A DNA stretch of 64,000 bases from an uncultured Chloroflexia bacterium (lineage in GTDB: Bacteria > Chloroflexota > Limnocylindria > Limnocylindrales > CSP1-4): NCBI GenBank assembly GCA_963838285.1, contig CAWIQP010000008.1:88686-152685 (forward strand), read 5' to 3'. The translations under genes and the position numbers were made by a program. Shown here one piece after another: positions 30,319-39,719 of the stretch (within the stretch, counting starts at the first letter, position 1; each line of letters begins with the position of its first letter). The notes below the pieces were generated by a model. The model was not told the DNA's origin. It saw only the letters and a program-made list of their open reading frames with translations, and did no database searches.

Positions 30319-31854
30319 TCAGGCGGAGACGGCGCTCCGGTGAGCGTGTCGCGCGGGACGCGCGGCCGGTTCCGCGTGTGGGTGGATCATCAGCGTCCGG
30401 TCGGCACGTGGGGCCGAGGTCGCGTACAGGTCGCAGAAGAGGTCGACGAGTTCCGGGTCGAACTGCACGTGAGCGAAGCGGCGCAGTTCGGCCACCGCGG
30501 CGTCGTGGCCGACGGCCGAGCGATAGGGCCGGTCGCGAACCATCGCGTCGTACGCGTCGGCGATGGCGACAATCCGCGCACCGAGTGGAATGTCGGCACC
30601 GCGCAAGCCGTAGGGATAGCCGCGGCCCGAGTAGTGCTCGTGGTGGTGGAGGATGATGGCCCGGGCGTCCCCTACCGCCGCCACGCGCTCGAGGATGGCG
30701 TCGCCGGCGCGAGGGTGCTGGACCACGCTCAGCCATTCGTCCGCGTCCAGGGGTCCCGGCTTCTCCAGGATGTACTCGGGCACGGCGAGCTTGCCAACGT
30801 CGTGCAGCAGAGCGGCGACGCGGATGCGCTCGATCTCGGCGTTGGGGAGGCCGAGCTCGACCGCCATCCGGACCGCGATGGCGGCGATGAGCGAGGAGGG
30901 CCGCCCGCTGTAGTGGGCACGCGGGGCGAGCACGGCCGCGAGGGCGGCTTCGGCTGCATGACGGGCCTGGTCACCCACCTCGGTCGCTCGCCGCCTTCCT
31001 TCGGGCGAGATCGGGGCGCGGGGAATGCGCGCCGCGTCGTCGTCGGTCTCGGCGAACACGTAGGTCTGGTTGCGGCCCAGCGACTTGGCGGCGTACATCG
31101 CCGCGTCGGCGTCGCGAAGAAGCTGGTCGACGCGGAGATGCTGCCCGCTCCCGCCGGCAATACCGATCGATACCGACACGCTGAACGCCTCACCTTGAGG
31201 GCCCTCGAACCGCTTGCGCAGGATCAGCTGGCGCACCTTCTCGGCGACGCCGGCGGCTTCCTCGATCCTTGTCTCCGGCAGGACCAGCACGAACTCCTCG
31301 CCGCCGTAGCGGCCGACGAAGTCCGATCCCCGGGTGTGCTCTCGGAAGACGCCCGCGACCTCGTGCAGCACCGCGTCGCCGGCCTCGTGGCCGTACGTGT
31401 CGTTGATCTCCTTGAAGTGGTCGAGATCGATGAAGGCGATGGTCAGCGGCCGATCGTGGCGGGTGGCCCGTTCGACTTCGGTGAAGAGTTGGGCGAGTAG
31501 CGTCGGTCGATTGGCCACCTGGGTCAGGCGATCTGTCGTCGCCTCCTCCCGGGCCACCCGCAGCGCCTCGGAGACGTCCTCGAGGCGGCGCGCGATCGGG
31601 ACGAGCGGCCCGAAGCGCCGGAAGGCGGGCGACGGAGCGGGGGCACCCTGCGCTATCGCCGCCGTCGCGGCGTCGAGTGTCTTCAGGGCGCTGCGAAGCG
31701 CGATCTCCACGCAGGCGATGCCGATGAGTGCGCCGGCGGCCAGCAGGAGCAGCGCTCCGCCGGCGAGAACATCCCCTCTCGAGAATGCCACCGTCCCGAC
31801 CGAAGCGGCCGCGGCCGCCGGAAGCAGCACCATGAATCCCCGCCATCCCGACAT
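30319..31854 (-). CDS. membrane-anchored GGDEF plus HD-GYP protein (c-di-GMP synthesis and hydrolysis domains)
   Basis: 511 aa: two TM helices, GGDEF (RYGGEEFVLVL), HD-GYP (LLHDVGK...HHHEHYSGRGYPYGL). Confidence 0.85.
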   Translation of the reverse strand: MSGWRGFMVLLPAAAAASVGTVAFSRGDVLAGGALLLLAAGALIGIACVEIALRSALKTLDAATAAIAQGAPAPSPAFRRFGPLVPIARRLEDVSEALRVAREEATTDRLTQVANRPTLLAQLFTEVERATRHDRPLTIAFIDLDHFKEINDTYGHEAGDAVLHEVAGVFREHTRGSDFVGRYGGEEFVLVLPETRIEEAAGVAEKVRQLILRKRFEGPQGEAFSVSVSIGIAGGSGQHLRVDQLLRDADAAMYAAKSLGRNQTYVFAETDDDAARIPRAPISPEGRRRATEVGDQARHAAEAALAAVLAPRAHYSGRPSSLIAAIAVRMAVELGLPNAEIERIRVAALLHDVGKLAVPEYILEKPGPLDADEWLSVVQHPRAGDAILERVAAVGDARAIILHHHEHYSGRGYPYGLRGADIPLGARIVAIADAYDAMVRDRPYRSAVGHDAAVAELRRFAHVQFDPELVDLFCDLYATSAPRADRTLMIHPHAEPAARPARHAHRSAVSA

Positions 31855-32015
31855 GCCCCGAGGGTACGGCCTGCGGAGTCGCCAAGCACCCTCCGAAGGT
31901 ACCGCTCCCGTTCACCTGATAGAACCAGGTGAACCGGCCGGCGATGGGGGTCGCCTCGTGACCGGCCGCTGCCTCCACCGCCCGTTCGGATCGGGCGTCG
32001 GAAGGAGCCTGCCGC

Positions 32016-32270
32016 TCACCCCCCGAGGATCGCTCGCGCCAGGGTCTCGAGAGCGTCGGTGCCGACGGTATTTGAGCAGCTGATCAGTATCAAGGAGAGC
32101 GGGTAGACGAAGACATCCAGCCCCGCGTCGGGGACGTAGTAGGCCTGGTCGCCCAGACCCGGCACCTGGGTGGAGCCCTGCATGGCCGCCGCGTTTGCCT
32201 GGGCGGCGGCCGCGTCGTAATCAACGAAACCTTCGGCGGACTTGAGAAGGAACGCTCCGGCGGCTGGCAC
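32016..32270 (-). CDS. possible small hypothetical protein (84 aa), weak
   Basis: Only the C-terminal half has non-shadow composition (GDQAYYVPDAGLDVFVYPLSLILISCSNTVGTDALETLARAILGG). No family recognised. Confidence 0.2.
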   Translation of the reverse strand: MPAAGAFLLKSAEGFVDYDAAAAQANAAAMQGSTQVPGLGDQAYYVPDAGLDVFVYPLSLILISCSNTVGTDALETLARAILGG

Positions 32271-32415
32271 CGGTCCGGGAACGCCCCTGCAGGCGCGCCG
32301 CCTATACTCACCGCTGCCGGCGCCCTAGCCGGTACGGGTCGAGCCGGCCGAGGATCGCAGTCGAAAGCCCTTGGTGGGTCGATCCCAGAACGGGCGCATG
32401 TCGGAGGCTGATCGG

Positions 32416-33282
32416 ATGCGTGCGGGACGACTCCTGGGTGCGACGGCATCGTTCTTGCTGGTGGTGAGCGCCTGCTCGACGGGCGGCTCGTCGCTTCAGG
32501 GTTCCGGCGCGGGTTCGTCGACGTCCGCCTCGAGCCGGCCGGGGGGCGCGCAGGCGACGCTCTCCTTCGTCGGGATGGCAAGCCTGGCGGGCGGTCTCTC
32601 TCGTACCGTGGTCCGATGCCAGTACCCGTCCACGTCGGGAGACGACATCACCGTCAGCGGATACACGCCCGATGGGAGCGTCTCGGTCTACTTGACGGTC
32701 TCGACGAACGAGGTGGGCATCCGCCTGGTCGAGATGTCCGGATCGACCGTGTTCGAGCGCGACTTCGACGGCTCGGGCGTCACCGGCTTCGACGCGGCCC
32801 GCGGGGCGACGATCTCGGGAGCGCTCACGGAGTCGACGCCCGCCGGGACCCCGGCAGGTTCGATAGGTGAGCTCACGTCTTTGTCGGGCTCGATCGACTG
32901 CGCCGGCCAGCAGCGCGGCACGGCTTCGATCCAGCTCAGCGGGACGCTGCCCGAGGGATCGGTCGACGGCCAGATCGAATCAGCGCGGGTCGAATGCGAC
33001 AAGCAGTACGCGGGCGTGTCCATCGACATTACGGGCCTGGTGTCCGTCGGCGGCTCCCACGTCCTCGCGACCATGACGATCGACGACGGGCAGTTCACCC
33101 TCTTCCTGGGAACGAGCCCGAACTTCTACGATCTGACCGCCAACGGACCGGGTACGGGCACGATCGCCGGCTCGGACACCGGCACGGTGAACGGCGACGC
33201 GACCGGGGCCGGCAGCGGTGGCGGCGCCTCGCAGAAGGTCCACGCCACCGGATCGGCGACCTGCGGCAGCACGATCTCGTAG
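32416..33282 (+). CDS. hypothetical lipoprotein
   Basis: ATG at 32416 (MRAGRLLGATASFLLVVSACSTGG, lipobox LVVSAC), then a Gly/Ser/Thr-rich extracytoplasmic domain of about 290 aa. Confidence 0.6.
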   Translation: MRAGRLLGATASFLLVVSACSTGGSSLQGSGAGSSTSASSRPGGAQATLSFVGMASLAGGLSRTVVRCQYPSTSGDDITVSGYTPDGSVSVYLTVSTNEVGIRLVEMSGSTVFERDFDGSGVTGFDAARGATISGALTESTPAGTPAGSIGELTSLSGSIDCAGQQRGTASIQLSGTLPEGSVDGQIESARVECDKQYAGVSIDITGLVSVGGSHVLATMTIDDGQFTLFLGTSPNFYDLTANGPGTGTIAGSDTGTVNGDATGAGSGGGASQKVHATGSATCGSTIS

Positions 33283-33441
33283 GTCGAACGGGGAGTCCGA
33301 CGTCGCCCGAGGCGCACATGGGGCCGACATGGCACCCTATCGCCAGACGTGGCCCCGAGATCGCGAAGGATCATTGCGGCTTACTCGTCTCAACGTCTGG
33401 CGAGGCCAGGCTTGCGGAGGATTCCGGTACTTGCCTGGTAA

Positions 33442-35081
33442 ATGGAGTCGATCGTGAGTGACAAGGACCAGCCAAACACGAAGGGCGGATACGGGCCAGC
33501 CGCGTCGGCGGCCGCATCGAAGCCGTCGAAGGCGGACTCGCGGGGGTCGTTGGACGCGGAATCGCCCGAGTCTCCGGCCGCCGACCCTTCGACGCCCCCG
33601 GACGCCGACGTGACGACCTCGTCGGAGTCCGACCCTTCGACCTCGTCGGAGTCCGACCCTTCGACCTCGTCGGAGTCCGACTCGCCCGACCTGCCCGACA
33701 CGAACTCCAACGCCCCGGAGCGTCCCGGCCGGTCGCCGTCACTGGCGGCTTTCCTGTCATTCGTTTGGCCGGGCCTCGGGCAGCTGTATCTCCGCAACCG
33801 CCGGTTGGCGGCGGTCTTCGCGGTTCCTTCCCTCGTGGTGGTGGCGCTGCTGGCCTACGCCCTGCGGCGCGGTCCCGTGGTTCTGGCGGCGCAGCTTTTC
33901 GCCGAGCGGGGCGTCGGCCTGCTCACGGTGGCGATCATCATCCTGTTCGGGGCATGGCGTATCGCCTCGGTCGTTCTCGCGTTCCTCGGCGGGAACCGCA
34001 ACTCTCACAGAGTCGTGAACCGTGCGGTCCTGGGGGCGCTGGCGGCGATCATCGTCGTGATCCATCTCGGCGGCGGCTACTACCTGCTGGCCTATTCGGA
34101 TGCCGGGACTCAGGTCTTCAACCCCACCGACACCCATCTGATCGTCCAGGCCACGCAGGCGCCGAGCCTCGCTCCGGGTCAGACCCCTGGGCCTGCGGGC
34201 ACACCCGAGCCACTCGCGACCGTCGCCGGCGACGGTCGGGTGACCATCCTGTTCACCGGGACGAGCAGCGGGGCGAGTTCCAACCTCTACGACTCGATCA
34301 TGGTCGTCAGCTACGACCCTCAGGCCAACTCAATTCAGATGGTCAGCGTGCCCCGCGACAGCGCCAGCTTCCCCTTCTACTTCGGCGGCGTGGATGACCA
34401 CGTCTGTACAAGATCAACGCGCTGCCGACGTACGTCCGCAGCGGACGCATCAAGTCTCCGGACGATCCATACACGACGCTGATCAAAGAGGTCCAGTACC
34501 TCGTCGGCATCCCGATCAACTACTACGCCGTGATGGACATCGGCGGCTTCGAAACGATGATCGACAAGGTCGGCGGGATCGACGTGGTCAACCCCTACCC
34601 GATCGACGACCCGTCGTACGACTGGCTAGACGGCAGCCCGTACGGCTTCAGTCTCTCGGCCGGACCTCACCATCTCGACGGTCGTACCGCGATGGCCTTC
34701 GTGCGGAGCCGCCACGGCGTCGGGGATAGCGACTGGAAGCGGGCGTCGCGTCAGCAGCTGGTGCTCGTCGCCCTGCTGCACAAGATGGCTCGGCCGAGCG
34801 AGATCCTGAAGCTGCCGAGCCTCATCTCCACGCTGGGCGCGAGCGTCACGACCGACTTCCCGGCGGACAAGGTGGCGGACTTCGTGGCCCTCGGCCAGGA
34901 TGTCCCCTCCTCGAACTTCAGCCAGGTCGTCCTGGGGCCGCCCTACACCGTCACTGGCGTCAGCACCGTCAACGCGGCCAACTGCCTGCTCAACGACAAG
35001 GTCGCCGCGCTCTCGGTCCAGCTGTTCGGTACGGACAGTCTCTGGTCCGGCAAGCCCGCGCCCGCGAACACCTGTCCGTAG
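33442..35081 (+). CDS. LCP family protein, paralog 3 (close duplicate of paralog 2); frameshifted
   Basis: ORFs 33442..34482 and 34530..35081 are colinear with paralog 2 (same DKDQPN... start, SESDPSTS tail, TM, LCP motifs). There is a single-base frame change in gatgaccacgtctgtacaagatc (about 34400): downstream reading ...KINALPTYVRSGRIKSPDDPYTTLIKEVQYLVGIP is in the +1 frame. Confidence 0.75.
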
Positions 35082-35225
35082 GGAGACACGGGCAGCCGTA
35101 GCCACACCCACGTCGACTGGCCGAGGCTCGGAGGCCCGGGCTCGGGGCGTGTCGAGGAGGAGCTCACCATCGCGTCTGCGCCGGCGAGCGGCCACACGTC
35201 GCCGCCGACCGGGACCGGTCGCCGA

Positions 35226-36284
35226 TCACGTGGCCGGTGCGGTCACCTTGTTCGCCGGGTCGTTCACGTTCGTGATATCGAAGGAGATCTCGTACGGCTT
35301 ACCGCCGTCGCTCTCCTGGGCCACGACGTCCATGCTGATCGGGTAGCCGCCGGCTTTGGCCAGCCAGAGGTCGGCCGACCAGGTGTCGTACTGGCCGCCT
35401 TCGACCTCCTCGTCCAGAGCCTGGTCCGACCGATAGTGGTCGGTGCTCACGCCGTCCTTAGTCTCCGAACCGACCAGGGTGTAGTGCGAGGCCAGGTGCG
35501 GGTCCACGTACGACTCGACCAGGTGAGCCGGCGAGAGGAAGTCGAGTTCGTAGGGGTCGTCGAGCGGTCTCTCACTGAACTTACCGGTCCCGCCCTGGTC
35601 GACGTACATGGAGCTGCCGACCTTGATGATGTGGAGACCGGGGCAGGTAATGTCGGCGTCGAAGACCGACTCGAAGTTCGCGGTGGGGCCCGCCTGCTGG
35701 TTCGCGATGGTGCCCTTGACCGTATACGGGGCGCCGCCGCAGGAAGCGCTGGGGGCGAGCTGCGAGAGCGCGTAGGCAAAGTCGGCGCCCGGTGTGTTGG
35801 GGTCGGCGGCCGCGCCAACCAAGGTCATGCTGAACTTGTAGCTGGTGGCCTGCCTCAGGGAGTTCACCGCGACGAACATTCCGGTGCTGGGCTGAGGTGT
35901 GAGCAGCCCGCATTCGAGGCCCCCGCCGCAGGATCCCTGGTCGTTGTCGTCGCCGCTCGACCCTGAGCTCGCCGTAGCAGTCGCGCTGGACGTGGGGGTC
36001 GGGCTCTCGCTCGAGGTGACCGTCGGGCTCTCGCTCGCCATCTCGGTCGCCGTCGGGGCAATCGAGGCGGGCACTACGGTCAAGCCGCTCGGGCTCGGCG
36101 ACGGTAGGGGTGGCGGCGTGGGCGTGGGCGTGGCGGCGGAGGACGAACAGGCCGCGAGCGCGAGGGCCAGGAGCAGGACCGCCAGCGCAAGGGAAGCCAT
36201 CTGCGATCTACGCCGTCGGCCGGACCCGGGAGTCCCGCTGCGAAGCCCGACAACGCCACGACCGGTTCGAGAACGGGTCGCCAT
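35226..36284 (-). CDS. hypothetical lipoprotein with a Pro/Thr/Ser-rich linker
   Basis: ORF 35226..36479. Likely start MATRSRTGRG...RRRRSQMASLALAVLLLALALAACSSS (lipobox LAAC); an alternative ATG is at 36200. A Cys-containing globular domain follows. Confidence 0.6.
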   Translation of the reverse strand: MATRSRTGRGVVGLRSGTPGSGRRRRSQMASLALAVLLLALALAACSSSAATPTPTPPPLPSPSPSGLTVVPASIAPTATEMASESPTVTSSESPTPTSSATATASSGSSGDDNDQGSCGGGLECGLLTPQPSTGMFVAVNSLRQATSYKFSMTLVGAAADPNTPGADFAYALSQLAPSASCGGAPYTVKGTIANQQAGPTANFESVFDADITCPGLHIIKVGSSMYVDQGGTGKFSERPLDDPYELDFLSPAHLVESYVDPHLASHYTLVGSETKDGVSTDHYRSDQALDEEVEGGQYDTWSADLWLAKAGGYPISMDVVAQESDGGKPYEISFDITNVNDPANKVTAPAT

Positions 36285-36454
36285 GTGCGGCTCCCTCTGG
36301 CGCCTCGCGGAGGCGCCGGCCCTGTCCCGGGCCGGGGTGCCCCGACCCCTGAGAAGAGCAAGTGTAGCGAGGCGCACGTCGCCGATGGCGTCAAGTCGCG
36401 TGGTTGGCGCGAGTAGACTTTGCAGGTTGATCCGCCAGTGCCGGAGACGGGCCC

Positions 36455-37540
36455 TTGAAGCGGTACCCACAAAAGGCAACGACCATCGGCGACCTCGCGG
36501 CCGCCCTCGGCCTGTCGCCGGCTGCAGTCTCGGTGGCGCTCCGCGGCAAGCCCGGAGTCTCCAGCGCGACCAGGGCCCGCGTCATCGAGGCGTCGGCCAA
36601 GATGGGCTACCAGCTCGCGTCCACGGCCTCCAGACGCCGCCGCGATCCCATGACCGTGACGCTGGTGATTCGGGCGCTCCCCGAACAGCCGGCCACTAAC
36701 GTCTTCTACGGCCCGATTCTCTCCGGCATCGAGCAGCGGTGCCGCGGACTCGATGTCCGTTTGGTCTTCGCCATCATGCCGGTAGACGAGCGCAATCACC
36801 CTCTCGAAGTTCCGCGGTCGGTGACCGACCATCCCACCGATGGGTTGATTTTGGTCGGCGCCGACATCGGCACTCGGTGGGCGTCGTTGCTCCGCGTCGG
36901 CGCGGTTCCCACGGTGCTCGTGGACGGGTATGCCGAGGACGAGGGGCTCGACTCGGTCGATATCGACAACGCCTCCGGCGCTCGCACTGCGGTGCGCTAC
37001 CTGATCGGCCGCGGGCATAGCGAGATCGCGATCGTCGGTACCGCGCCCAACGCATTCCCCAGCGTCCGTGAGCGTCGAGTCGCATACGAGCAGGTGATGA
37101 GCGAGGCTCGCCTGACGCCGCACTATGTGGACGTCCCCTACTACGATCACGAACGCGCCGCGGAGGCGGCCGTCCAGTACGTCCTCGCCCACCCGGAGGT
37201 GACGGCCCTCTTCTGCGCCAACGACCTGACCGCGATCACATTCCTGCAAGGTGCTCGCGTGGCCGGGATATCGGTCCCCGACCAGGTTTCGGTAGTCGGC
37301 TTCGACGACATCGACCTGGCCAGCATCATCCTTCCGGGGCTCACCACGATGGCGGTGGACAAACCTGGCATGGGCCGCCTTGCCGTCACGCTCCTGCTGC
37401 ACCAGCTCGAGTTCGGGAAGATCGCCGGGTGCACCACCCTGGTCAAGCCGACGCTGGTCGAGAGGGCGACGGTCCGCACGATCGCACGAGAGGCGCCGGA
37501 GGTGAGCACGGCGCCTGTCTCCGAATCGGCATCCGCATAG
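36455..37540 (+). CDS. LacI family transcriptional regulator
   Basis: N-terminal HTH (TIGDLAAALGLSPAAVSVALRG...ATRARVIEASAKMGYQ) plus a periplasmic-binding-protein-like sugar-binding domain. Confidence 0.85.
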   Translation: MKRYPQKATTIGDLAAALGLSPAAVSVALRGKPGVSSATRARVIEASAKMGYQLASTASRRRRDPMTVTLVIRALPEQPATNVFYGPILSGIEQRCRGLDVRLVFAIMPVDERNHPLEVPRSVTDHPTDGLILVGADIGTRWASLLRVGAVPTVLVDGYAEDEGLDSVDIDNASGARTAVRYLIGRGHSEIAIVGTAPNAFPSVRERRVAYEQVMSEARLTPHYVDVPYYDHERAAEAAVQYVLAHPEVTALFCANDLTAITFLQGARVAGISVPDQVSVVGFDDIDLASIILPGLTTMAVDKPGMGRLAVTLLLHQLEFGKIAGCTTLVKPTLVERATVRTIAREAPEVSTAPVSESASA

Positions 37541-37668
37541 GCTTCGCGCGCCGTCTCCCCTGCCGCCTTCGCGATCTGCTCCCCGACCTCCTCCCGACCC
37601 CCATCGATGTCCCCGAGCGGACAGGACCGTCGCCGGGCTGACCATCGATCCTGGCCCTCGGGACGAAC

Positions 37669-39600
37669 GTGCTATTACGTATGGGCGGCCGTCGGTACTA
37701 CCGTCGTCTCGTGATTGCGGACGAGGAGCTGGCACTTGCAAGGGCGGCCCTTCGCTCAGCCGACGCCCTCTCCGACCCCCTCTTCGCGACCTCGCTGGTA
37801 GGCTCGCAGCGGCGCCGTTTCGGCTTCGACGTGGATACCGCCGCGCTCCTCGTCTCGTGGTCCGAGCGACACACCGGCGGCGTGGAGCGCCGCTACCCGT
37901 GGCCGATCACCACCCGCCATGTTTGGGAGTGGCCCGCGTACGTCGGCCCGCGGGAAGGTTGGCGTCCCTGGCGCCCCCGCGACGAAACCACGCTCGACGA
38001 CGAGGACCGGAGAGCCTTCGAGGACAGATTCCTGGTCCCGTTGATCCTCTCCGAAACGGTCGAGTTCCTCGCGGCCACCGGGGAGAAGGCGGGCCGTGTC
38101 GGCGACCTCGCGCGCCACCTGCTCGAGCCGGCCCGCAGCAAGGTCCGCCGTGACGCTTCCGCGCATACACGCGAGGCCCACGCCTGGGGCGACACCTGGG
38201 CGCTGTGGTGCTTTGCCCGTCGCCCGCACATGCTGCGTCTCGTCTACCCCTTCGCCCTCGCCATCGCCGACGCCTACGCCGAGGCGACCTGGCGCAACGG
38301 AGGTCATGAGGTTCTGGGAACCCGCTACCCGTTCCACGGCGAGCCTCTCGTCTCGGCCTCGGCGCAGCTCGCCTCGGGCCTTGCCGCCCTTGGATACCAC
38401 CCGCAGCTGGTCGCTGCACTCACGACTTACGTCGCCGCCCACCAGGATGTTCGCGGTGGCTGGGGCGATGCCGACGGCCGGCCGGATCTGCTCACCACTT
38501 TGGTTGCGGCTGAACTCCTCGCCGGCCTCGATCCCGACTACGACCCCGCACCAACGGCCGCCTTCCTGGCGCGTCGCCAGCGTCGGGACGGCTGGTGGAC
38601 GGCCTACGGGCCCGAAACGGCCTGGCTGACCACGGAGGTCGAAGCCTGGCTGGAGAGAGTGGACCTTCCCTTCTCAGCCCGGTTCCGCTGGCCGCAGCTG
38701 GCATTGGCCCAGCGCGACAGACGCACTCACTTGCCGCTCTACGGCTACTACGAGGACCTGGCAGCGCTTTGCAACGCGCTGCCGGGGCTGTCCGCGTCGA
38801 ACGTCGAACTCGCCTTCCTGGACCTGGTCGGCTTCCGCGAGGTCAACAACCGCCTCGGGATGGCCGCCGGCGACGAGGTCCTTGTCGCCTTCGCCGCGGC
38901 GCTCGCCGCAATACCCGAGGCGATGGCCGTTCGCGACGGCGGCGACGAGTTCCTCGTGCTGGGAGCCCCGGGCGGAAGCGGCCTTGCGAGAAGACTGGAC
39001 GACTTCCGCCAGAGCTGGCCGGCGGTCTACCACGCCCAGTTCGGGGTCGACGCGCCTCCGGTCGCCCCACGCGTCCTTGTCGCCCAGACCGAGGGCCGTC
39101 ATCTCGTATGGCTCCGAGACGAGCTTGGACGGCGGGTCGGCGAGCTCAAGGACCGAGTGCGCGATGTCGGAGCTGAGGGCGTACAGGTCGACCTTGGGAT
39201 GCAGTGGCCGGGGACCGCGCCGACTGCTTCTGAAGGGACGGGCGCGCAGACCGCGACTTTGGCGGCTCTGGCCGGCGGCCCGAAGCCTGCTCGCTACGTC
39301 GAAGGGGCCGACCTGGTTCCGCTGCAGACGCATCCGATCGAAGGCGCCGAGGTGCAGAAGGTCGTCGTTGTCGGCGGTCGAGCCTACTTCGGCAGCGGGG
39401 CCAACCATCGGGAGCTGATACGGGGCGCCGGGCTGGAGGCGTCCGCCGTGGAGGCGACGGGGATCGCCTACTTCTCACGGAGTCGGTCGACGTCCGGCGC
39501 CGTGGCCTCGAAGACGGAAGACGGTGTTGACCGGACGGCGCAACCGGGCGCGGGCCTTGCCGAGGCGTCGCGCCCCACGGGTCGCGGGCGATCGCCCTGA
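37669..39600 (+). CDS. GGDEF-domain protein with an N-terminal alpha/alpha-toroid (prenyltransferase / squalene-cyclase-repeat-like) region and an unassigned C-terminal region
   Basis: 643 aa. Central GGDEF with intact motifs (LDLVGFREVNNRLGMAAGDEVL...RDGGDEFLVLG). Upstream are repeats of the type VRGGWGDADGRPDLLTTLVAAELLAGL and RRDGWWTAYGPETAWLTTEVEAWL. The last approximately 170 aa are unassigned. Confidence 0.75.
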   Translation: MLLRMGGRRYYRRLVIADEELALARAALRSADALSDPLFATSLVGSQRRRFGFDVDTAALLVSWSERHTGGVERRYPWPITTRHVWEWPAYVGPREGWRPWRPRDETTLDDEDRRAFEDRFLVPLILSETVEFLAATGEKAGRVGDLARHLLEPARSKVRRDASAHTREAHAWGDTWALWCFARRPHMLRLVYPFALAIADAYAEATWRNGGHEVLGTRYPFHGEPLVSASAQLASGLAALGYHPQLVAALTTYVAAHQDVRGGWGDADGRPDLLTTLVAAELLAGLDPDYDPAPTAAFLARRQRRDGWWTAYGPETAWLTTEVEAWLERVDLPFSARFRWPQLALAQRDRRTHLPLYGYYEDLAALCNALPGLSASNVELAFLDLVGFREVNNRLGMAAGDEVLVAFAAALAAIPEAMAVRDGGDEFLVLGAPGGSGLARRLDDFRQSWPAVYHAQFGVDAPPVAPRVLVAQTEGRHLVWLRDELGRRVGELKDRVRDVGAEGVQVDLGMQWPGTAPTASEGTGAQTATLAALAGGPKPARYVEGADLVPLQTHPIEGAEVQKVVVVGGRAYFGSGANHRELIRGAGLEASAVEATGIAYFSRSRSTSGAVASKTEDGVDRTAQPGAGLAEASRPTGRGRSP

Positions 39601-39719
39601 CGATGCCGGCCGTGGTGGCGCCATAGCCCGCTCGGTCGTCCTTCTCCAATCCAACCGGGGTTGTCCACGAGCCGCGCGACCACTTCATCTGAGCGTCCGA
39701 GAAACCAAGTGGGGAGGTT

